Positions 1 through 6,936 of a stretch of 14,727 nt of DNA are shown one piece after another (position 1 is the stretch's first letter; each line of letters starts with the position of its first letter). The DNA is from Fonticula alba ATCC 38817 (lineage: Eukaryota; Protista; Nucleariida), in the NCBI GenBank assembly GCA_000388065.2, contig KB932207.1. One strand, given 5' to 3'. The position numbers and the translations under genes were made by a program. Below the pieces are notes generated by a model. That model had not been told where the DNA came from, ran no database searches, and saw nothing but the letters and a program-made list of their open reading frames with translations.

Positions 1-525
1 CCCCCCCCCGGCTTCCCCCCCCCCCCGCCTCCCTGGCTGAACGACGTGCAGCGCGCGCCCACCCGGGCCGCTCCGCCCGCCGCATCCCCCGTCCCCACCC
101 CGGCACGCGTACGGTCACCGGTCGCGAGGCCGGTGCCCGGAGCGGGGCCGATTGCCGCTCGCCGCGCCTGTGTCGGCCCCGGCGCACGACGCACGGCCCA
201 AGCGCCGGTGTCGGCCGGCGGCCGTCACGGAGCTGGACGCGCCCGTGTGCTGATTTCACAGCACTGCTACCGGCGATAAACAACAATAACAACAACTGAA
301 ACACCTCTGCCCCCGTGCTCCGCCGATCGTTCTACACCTCCAGCACGCAGGCGCTTGCGCGGCACCGAGATGGCCCCGCCGCCGCCGCCGGTCGGACGCC
401 ACACCCCCTGCCGCGACAAGAGCCGCACCTGGGACCGCCCCCCACCCCCCAAAGGCGCCTGGACCCGCGGAAACACACTTCGGCGAGACCCCTCGAGGAG
501 GAGGGAGGTGCTGTCCTTCCACGCA

Positions 526-549
526 ACACACACACACACACACACACAC
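526..549. repeat. (AC)12 microsatellite
   Basis: Directly visible. Confidence 0.95.
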
Positions 550-584
550 GCATGCATCAGCTCTCTTGGAAGGGGTGCAGTTGC

Positions 585-603
585 AAAAAAAAAAAAAAAA
601 AAA
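585..603. repeat. A19 homopolymer
   Basis: Directly visible. Confidence 0.95.
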
Positions 604-1187
604 CAGCCGCGGTGAACACCGCCCAGGGAGCGGCCGGCTCACTGTCTTGACCACAGCCCCCCACGCCCAACCGGGCTTGCCGCCACGATCCCAACACTCA
701 ACAAAGCCCCTCTTGGGCCTGCTTCCATCCGAAGGACCGACACACGCGCCTCCCCCGGAGGGGGGGCCCAGGCTCCGCCGCGGCGATCTTACTCGCCGGC
801 GTGACGTCCGGGCTCCCCCTCGCCAGGGCGGGATCGCCTCGAGGCCTCCGGAGGGCCTGGCTCCCGGCCCTCGGCCTCCCCGCCCATCGAAAGGAAGACA
901 GCATGGAAGTGGGTGACATGGATGCAGCACACAACACACGGAAACAGGCAAAGCGCCGGGGAGGGTTTTTCATTGGGCGAGGGGGGAGGCCTCTTCGCAT
1001 GATGTTGGCAGTGCGCACAAGGGAAGGCCACCCGAGCGGCACTCGCCCGGGCCCGCACCACGCACGGGGCCTTGCGTGTGCGGGGCCGGCAGCAAGCCGC
1101 GACCGGGCAACGGCAAACCCGCGAGCGAGCGAGCGACGCAGCAAGCGGGCAAGGCGCCCCTCCTCTGGGCCTCCGGGCCGGTCACTC

Positions 1188-2690
1188 TCAGGAGTACAGA
1201 TACACGGCCACGCACACCAATGTGGCTCCCACGACAAAGGTGGAGGAGATGACAAAGTTGAAGAGATACACCGAGGCAATGGCCGAGAGGATGATCGACA
1301 CCGAGGTGGCGTAGCCCTTGAGGATGTTGTCGGCGTACTTGACCACGACGGCCACCAGCAGCCCCCCGAGGGCTTGGTTGGCGATGGCCAGCCATGTCCA
1401 GCCGGTGTACCCCCCGAGGAAGCCGTGCTCATCGATGTGCGCCCCGTCGGCCAGCAGGGCCCCGGCCAGGCCGATGCCCGCGCCGAAGAGAGCCAGCTGC
1501 ACATTCCGCACCCACACCGACGGGTCGGCCCGATAGGCGGCATTGACCACGGCCAGGCGTCGAGCGTCATTCTTGCTGGCCACATCGACTCCGGCCCGGC
1601 GATCGGGCCCGGGCTCGGTCCAGAAGTAGTTGGCCTTGGCCTCGCCGGCGGCCGCCGGCCCGGCCCCGGCCACCACCAGCGGGTGCAACGGGTAGCCGGC
1701 CTGGTGGGGCGTGCTGCCGGGGGGGCCCGGCTCCACCGGGGGCGCACCGGCCGAGCCGCCGGCCACGGTCGGCTCGCGCGGCGGCTCCACCCCACCGCTG
1801 TTCTTCTTGAGGATGCGCTCGAAGTAGACCCCGGCAAAGCCGCTCAGGGCGCAGGCCACCAGCACGGCCACCAGGCCGACGAAGGCATTCTGCCGGCCGG
1901 GGCCGCCGCTGGAGAGGGCCGCCACACCGCCGCTGAGGGTGCTACGCGCGGTGCGCAGCAGCCCCGAAGGCCCGGCCCCGGGGGCCGCCGCCGCCGCCGC
2001 CGCCGCATGGCGCGCTTCGCGCTGGCCGCCGGATGCCCGGACGAAGTTGGCCGCCTGCGGCAGCAGCCCGGACAGCATCGACCCGACGGTCAGGTCCACC
2101 AGGTTGGCCACTTCGGCCGGGGACATTTGCACCAGGGCCACCCCGGCGGTCAGGACCACCAGCGACAGCCACCGGGTCTTGGACAGGGACCGGCCCAGCA
2201 TCAGCACCGAGCACAGGGCCGTGGCAATGATCTTCAATTGGTAGGTCACCTGGAAGACCGCGGCGTCCAGATTGCTGGCCGCCACATATTGCAGGTTATT
2301 TTGCAGGGTGTACAGCACGGCCGGGATGGCCAGCGGCAGCAGCTGCCGCGGGGTGAAGATGAACCGCCGGAGCAGGACCCCGAAGGCCCGCGGCGAGGAC
2401 CGGGCATCCAGCAGGAACACCAGCAGCAGGCAGGTGATCAGCTTCAGGGTCTCGCTCAGGACCACGGCCGTGGACGAGGCGTACGGCACGCCGCCCGGGG
2501 CGGCGGCCACGCGCGACTGCCGCAGCGTCAGCACCAGCGCGCTGTTTTGGATGACCAGCAGCACCAGCGACACATACTTCAGCGGGAAGCCGAAGAGCCG
2601 CGGCCCGTCCGGGCTCCCGGCCGCCGGCCCCTTGTGGGGGCCAACCTCGGGGCCCTTTCTATAGGAGGGCAAGTGCATTCGGGCGGTCAT
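1188..2690 (-). CDS. SLC35A-family nucleotide-sugar transporter (UDP-galactose/UDP-GlcNAc transporter-like, Nuc_sug_transp family), single exon, ~500 aa
   Basis: Family motifs in order: LKYVSLVLLVIQNSALVL, STAVVLSETLKL, AIPAVLYTLQNNLQYVAASNLDAAVFQVTYQLKI, LSGFAGVYFERILK, SVWVRNVQL, GGLLVAVVVKYADNILKGYATSVS, giving ten hydrophobic segments. Start placed at ATG 2690 (gcggccATG context); the track ORF extends to 2789. Stop TGA 1190-1188. The residue aligning with the CMP-sialic acid transporter Tyr214 (WVRNIQMY) is Ala here (WVRNVQLA), which favours a UDP-sugar substrate. SLC35A2 versus SLC35A3 cannot be resolved by eye. Confidence 0.95.
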   Translation of the reverse strand: MTARMHLPSYRKGPEVGPHKGPAAGSPDGPRLFGFPLKYVSLVLLVIQNSALVLTLRQSRVAAAPGGVPYASSTAVVLSETLKLITCLLLVFLLDARSSPRAFGVLLRRFIFTPRQLLPLAIPAVLYTLQNNLQYVAASNLDAAVFQVTYQLKIIATALCSVLMLGRSLSKTRWLSLVVLTAGVALVQMSPAEVANLVDLTVGSMLSGLLPQAANFVRASGGQREARHAAAAAAAAPGAGPSGLLRTARSTLSGGVAALSSGGPGRQNAFVGLVAVLVACALSGFAGVYFERILKKNSGGVEPPREPTVAGGSAGAPPVEPGPPGSTPHQAGYPLHPLVVAGAGPAAAGEAKANYFWTEPGPDRRAGVDVASKNDARRLAVVNAAYRADPSVWVRNVQLALFGAGIGLAGALLADGAHIDEHGFLGGYTGWTWLAIANQALGGLLVAVVVKYADNILKGYATSVSIILSAIASVYLFNFVISSTFVVGATLVCVAVYLYS

Positions 2691-2961
2691 GGCCGCGGCC
2701 GAGCGGAGGACCGGGGGGCGCGGGGCTGGAGGTGGGCCGAGCCACGCGAATGGGGCAGCAGGGGCCGGAACGGACGCCGACCCGGACAAGGAGGGGCGAG
2801 CAGGCGGGAGGGGATGCTCACGCGCGCGGGGTCAACCTCCTGGGGGAGGCAGGAGGGGCGGAGGGCAAGGACCACTTCTGTGCGCGCCGGGGGCGGGCAT
2901 CCGCGGGGAGAAGGGCCCGAAGGCACGCCAGCCGTCCAGGGGGGAGGGGAGGGGGGGGGGG

Positions 2962-3011
2962 NNNNNNNNNNNNNNNNNNNNNNNNNNNNNNNNNNNNNNN
3001 NNNNNNNNNNN
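2962..3011. other. assembly gap (50 N) inside a G-run
   Basis: N characters flanked by G homopolymers. Confidence 0.99.
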
Positions 3012-3030
3012 GGGGGGGGGGGGGGGGGGG

Positions 3031-4643
3031 GGCACAGCCCATGATGCGGCGGGATTGCGCGATGAGTGAGTAGGCGCCAGGGCCGTCATGGATGTGGCGC
3101 GCCCAGGAAGCTGGCATCGGACGTACAGGCCACCAACGAGGTGAGGCGCGGCTGGAGGGTAAACGAGGGGGACACGGTGCGGGTCGGGCACCGGGCGTGC
3201 GGTGTCCTCCGGGGTGGGGGGGGGACCGGTGCTGGCAGACAAAGACGCAGGGAGGGAGCGGAGGTCGGCGAGGGGCGGGGAGGAAGGAGGAGAAAAGGTC
3301 GGGAGCAAGCTACAGAGGGGCGAGGCGGTGCTGGTCCTTTCCCCCCTCCACCCTCCGTGGAAGCAGGACTTATGCATGTACGACATATATGCCGGCCGCC
3401 CGAGGCCCGGGCGACTTGCCGAGGCCCGGGCGACTTGCCGAGGCGCCGAAGCCCCGGCAGGCGTGTCGGGCCCCTGGTTGACCAGCAACCGCACCACCGA
3501 GGGCCCCGGTGCGCTCCTGGCCGGCCTGGACCCCGGAGGGACCCAGGACGTCGTCCGTGTCGAGCACCCGAGTGAACACATCCGCCTGTGTGAGCGAGTT
3601 AAAATGCCTCCCCGACAGTCGGCTCGACGGTACCAAAGCCCGGGGCCCGAGCCGCGGCGAGGCCCGGCCGGGAGGGCTCCAACGCGAGGGCGCGATCGGC
3701 CCGAGTGGCATTTCCCAGCCCACAATCCATTGGCCTCCGGGGGGGGGGGGAAGATGCCCGAGTGGCACACGCGCGCGCGTCCATGCCCCTCGACACGAAT
3801 GCGCGAGGACATCAGGCTGCGTAATGGCGGCGATGGGGAAATGTCCCCCCCCCCCCNNNNNNNNNNNNNNNNNNNNNNNNNNNNNNNNNNNNNNNNNNNN
3901 NNNNNNNNNNNNNNNNNNNNNNNNNNNNNNNNNNNNNNNNNNNNNNNNNNNNNNNNNNNNNNNNNNNNNNNNNNNNNNNNNNNNNNNNNNNNNNNNNNNN
4001 NNNNNNNNNNNNNNNNNNNNNNNNNNNNNNNNNNNNNNNNNNNNNNNNNNNNNNNNNNNNNNNNNNNNNNNNNNNNNNNNNNNNNNNNNNNNNNNNNNNN
4101 NNNNNNNNNNNNNNNNNNNNNNNNNNNNNNNNNNNNNNNNNNNNNNNNNNNNNNNNNNNNNNNNNNNNNNNNNNNNNNNNNNNNNNNNNNNNNNNNNNNN
4201 NNNNNNNNNNNNNNNNNNNNNNNNNNNNNNNNNNNNNNNNNNNNNNNNNNNNNNNNNNNNNNNNNNNNNNNNNNNNNNNNNNNNNNNNNNNNNNNNNNNN
4301 NNNNNNNNNNNNNNNNNNNNNNNNNNNNNNNNNNNNNNNNNNNNNNNNNNNNNNNNNNNNNCCCCCCCCCGGACCGAGTACCGGGCGCACGGCCGACGGA
4401 CTCCCGACGGGGGGGGGGGCGGCACCCTGGGTGATCGCCTCATTCGCCCACTCGGCGCCCGTCCGGGCCCGCGACCTCCGCACCATCCCCGGCCCCCCAC
4501 CCTGGGAGAGACACACCACCGGCCGACATCCACTGCTCCATCCTCGGGGACCGGGCCCCGGTGTCGCTTCAGATGCATCCCCCAGGAGAAGTCTCCCCCA
4601 CCCGGCACTCGGGGGACCCAGGTGCCCATCTCTCTCTCTCCCC

Positions 4644-4674
<31 letters not shown>

Positions 4675-4935
4675 TGACAGGTTCCCCGTCCCTGACCCCC
4701 GCCTCCAGAAGAGCGGCTCTACGCCGCCCTCACGGCACATTGCGCTCGTGATCCGTGCGTTCTGATGAAGCGAATGCATTGGCACATGGCAGGAGAACAC
4801 ACTGGGCTCAAGCAGGGCGCCCGAAGCCGGCCGCGAGGGAGGGGCCAACACACCGACGACGGGCAGGCAGACGCGGAGAAAGGCACCCCAAGGGCCCCGG
4901 CGACCCCGGACATGCGCTATTTCTCCGATCACCAC
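3031..4935 (+). CDS. possible spliced hypothetical protein spanning the 505-N gap (speculative)
   Basis: Candidate introns 3066-3106 (GTGAGT..CAG), 3141-3366 (GTGAGG..CAG) and 4622-4708 (GT, (CT)n, CCTGAC branch-like site, CAG) keep a frame open on each side of the gap. Segment 3451-3570 has mostly G/C third positions. No start codon, family or terminal exon identified, and a TGA at 4432 must be explained. Confidence 0.22.
3400..3444. repeat. 19-bp tandem repeat CCGAGGCCCGGGCGACTTG x2.4
   Basis: Exact copies at 3400-3418 and 3419-3437, partial copy at 3438-3444. Confidence 0.9.
3857..4361. other. assembly gap (505 N) between C-runs
   Basis: N characters flanked by C homopolymers. Confidence 0.99.
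4629..4670. repeat. (TC)n microsatellite, slightly interrupted
   Basis: Directly visible. Confidence 0.95.
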
Positions 4936-5150
4936 GTCAGGGCGTGCTTCCCCCCCCCCCCCTTTCGAAGAGCCATACGTCTCCGGGGCTGGCAGCGCCC
5001 GAGATGCCCGGGCAAGTCTGCCCCCGACTCTACCCCCCCCCCCCCCCCACACACACACACACACACAGCCCGGCCCCCGCCCCTTTTCCTTTTGGACGTC
5101 GCCTTTTGTCTGTCTATCGGGATGATTGTGTATCTCATACGTGTACACAT

Positions 5151-5156
5151 TTTATT
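5151..5156 (-). promoter_or_regulatory. polyadenylation signal AATAAA, probably for the 242-aa ORF transcript
   Basis: Plus-strand TTTATT at 5151-5156, about 420 nt downstream of the TAG at 5577, in an AT-richer patch. Confidence 0.5.
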
Positions 5157-5534
5157 GGCAGAAGGGAGAAAACATACGAAGGTGCGCGCGCCATCGCACT
5201 CTCGAGCGCGAGCATCTACATGTGCGCGGGCGCATGTGCGTACAGGTATAAGAAATGTGTACTTACACACATACACACATGCACACACGCACACTCACAC
5301 CGGACACCGTCGCAGCAACAGAAAGGAGGAGTGGGGACATTCAAAGGGCAAGGAGGATAAGGGCGGTCCCCGGAGGAGAATAGAGCAGAGGGGGGAGCAA
5401 GGGGGAAACGAGGAGCAAGGGGGAAAGTGGGAAGACAAAAACGCAAGAAGGGGGGGGGGACTCATGGGAGAGCCCCGCCCCCCTCTCTCCCCCCTCTGCC
5501 GGAGGCGGTGCGGTGCGCACACAGCACCACGCAC

Positions 5535-5569
5535 ATGCGCGATGCGCGATGCGCGATGCGCGATGCACG
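5535..5569. repeat. 7-bp tandem repeat (ATGCGCG)4 + ATGCACG
   Basis: Directly visible, 7 nt downstream of the 242-aa ORF stop. Confidence 0.9.
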
Positions 5570-5576
5570 CACGGCT

Positions 5577-6305
5577 CTACTTCTTCTTCTTCTTCAGGGG
5601 ATGGTGCTTCTTCTTCTTCTTCTTGTCGGCCGAGGCTGCACCACCATCGGCCCCATGCTTGGCGGTGATCGGCCGATGGGAGTAGAGCTTCGTCTGGCCC
5701 CCGTCAACGGGTGACCGCGTGTTGGAGAAGAGGTTCGCCGTGTCGATCTCCCCCGGCATCAGACGAGACTTGCCGGTGGCGGATGCCGCCGGCGGGGGCT
5801 TGGTGGTGTCACCCAGGCCGGGCGAGTCGGAATCGGAGCCCGACGAGGAGGAAGATGAGGAAAAGCCCGAGGAAGAGGAGAAGGAGGAAGAGGCGCCACC
5901 GGCAAAGGCCGACGCCGGACCACCGGTGAAGGCGTGCATGATGGACGGGTCGTAGACAAAATCGTCCTCCAGACCGTCGCTCTCGTCGGCCGAGGCCAGT
6001 CGCCGGAGCTTGGCCATGAACTGGGCCTCAGTCAGCCGGTCGACCGCCTCCTCCGGGGTGGCCACCTCCTCCGGGGCCATGCGCGACTCCATGGTCCGCA
6101 ACAACGCCCGGTAGAGATCCGCCTCGGGCCGAGAGACCGCCGGGTCGTCGGCCGACTGACGCAAGAGCACAATCACCAGCTCGTTGATGATGTCGGTGAA
6201 GATGTCATCCGGCGATGGATCGCCCTCCTGCACGCCAGAAGCCTCCTGGGCGTCGAGCAGCTCCAGGTGTGCCAGCACCCGGGTGTACTTCTCCGGCGAC
6301 GCCAT
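5577..6305 (-). CDS. hypothetical protein, 242 aa: acidic helical N-half, Ser-rich linker, Lys-rich C-terminal tail (probable nuclear/nucleolar signal)
   Basis: Uninterrupted ORF with perfect Kozak context GCCGCCATGG at 6305, GC-ending codons like neighbouring genes, and stop TAG 5579-5577. Ends DKKKKKKHHPLKKKKK. AATAAA on the same strand at 5156-5151. No family confidently recognised. Confidence 0.75.
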   Translation of the reverse strand: MASPEKYTRVLAHLELLDAQEASGVQEGDPSPDDIFTDIINELVIVLLRQSADDPAVSRPEADLYRALLRTMESRMAPEEVATPEEAVDRLTEAQFMAKLRRLASADESDGLEDDFVYDPSIMHAFTGGPASAFAGGASSSFSSSSGFSSSSSSSGSDSDSPGLGDTTKPPPAASATGKSRLMPGEIDTANLFSNTRSPVDGGQTKLYSHRPITAKHGADGGAASADKKKKKKHHPLKKKKK

Positions 6306-6320
6306 GGCGGCCGCTGTGAA

Positions 6321-6898
6321 TTATTTGGCCGATGTGAAGAGGTCTGTGGGTTTGGGGAGCAGAGGGGGGGAGAGAGAGAGGGGGAGGGAGAGAGGGGGGG
6401 AGAGAGAAGGGGAGAGAGAAGGGGAGGGAGAGAGAGGAGGAGGGAGAGAGAGGAGGAGGGAGATAGACAGAGAGAGAGAGAGAGGGAGATAGACAGAGAG
6501 AGAGAGAGATAGACAGAGAGAGAGAGAGAGAGACAGAGAGAGAGAGAGAGATAGACAGAGAGAGAGAGAGAGATAGACAGAGAGAGAGAGAGAGAGAGAA
6601 GAGGAAGAGGGTGCAGCGCCAGCAGCAGCGAGGGGAGGCACGCGTGTGAGGACAGGGCACGGATATGAGCACGCAAGGACGGCCAGCGAGGCGGAGAGGC
6701 GCAGGTGAAGGATGGATATGGCGAGAGCGGCACGGTGTCCGTTTTCATGGAGGGAAGGCGCACACATCGGACACCCAGGCGCCGGGAAACAAGGCGAGAA
6801 GAGGAGAGTGCGAGCACAAGCAAGCGGGAGAAGATGGAGCAAGAGGGGGAGGAGCGCGACGTATCGGGAACAGGCCCGGGATGCGCAGAGGGACGAAC

Positions 6899-6936
<38 letters not shown>

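Noticed and set aside
285-296. 12-mer GTTGTTGTTATT shared (reverse) with 12719-12730
   Set aside because: Low-complexity (GTT)n derivative with unrelated flanks; independent origin is likely.
585-603. A19 as a retroposon/SINE tail
   Set aside because: No upstream poly(A) signal, A/B boxes or target-site duplication found.
801-3044. 747-aa plus-strand ORF
   Set aside because: Antisense shadow of the GC3-rich transporter CDS, runs through an N gap, no recognisable domains.
6321-6343. Calicivirus-type termination-reinitiation (TURBS) at the DnaJ/orphan junction
   Set aside because: No UGGGA motif in the ~80 nt of spliced mRNA upstream of the stop, and the stop and start do not overlap.
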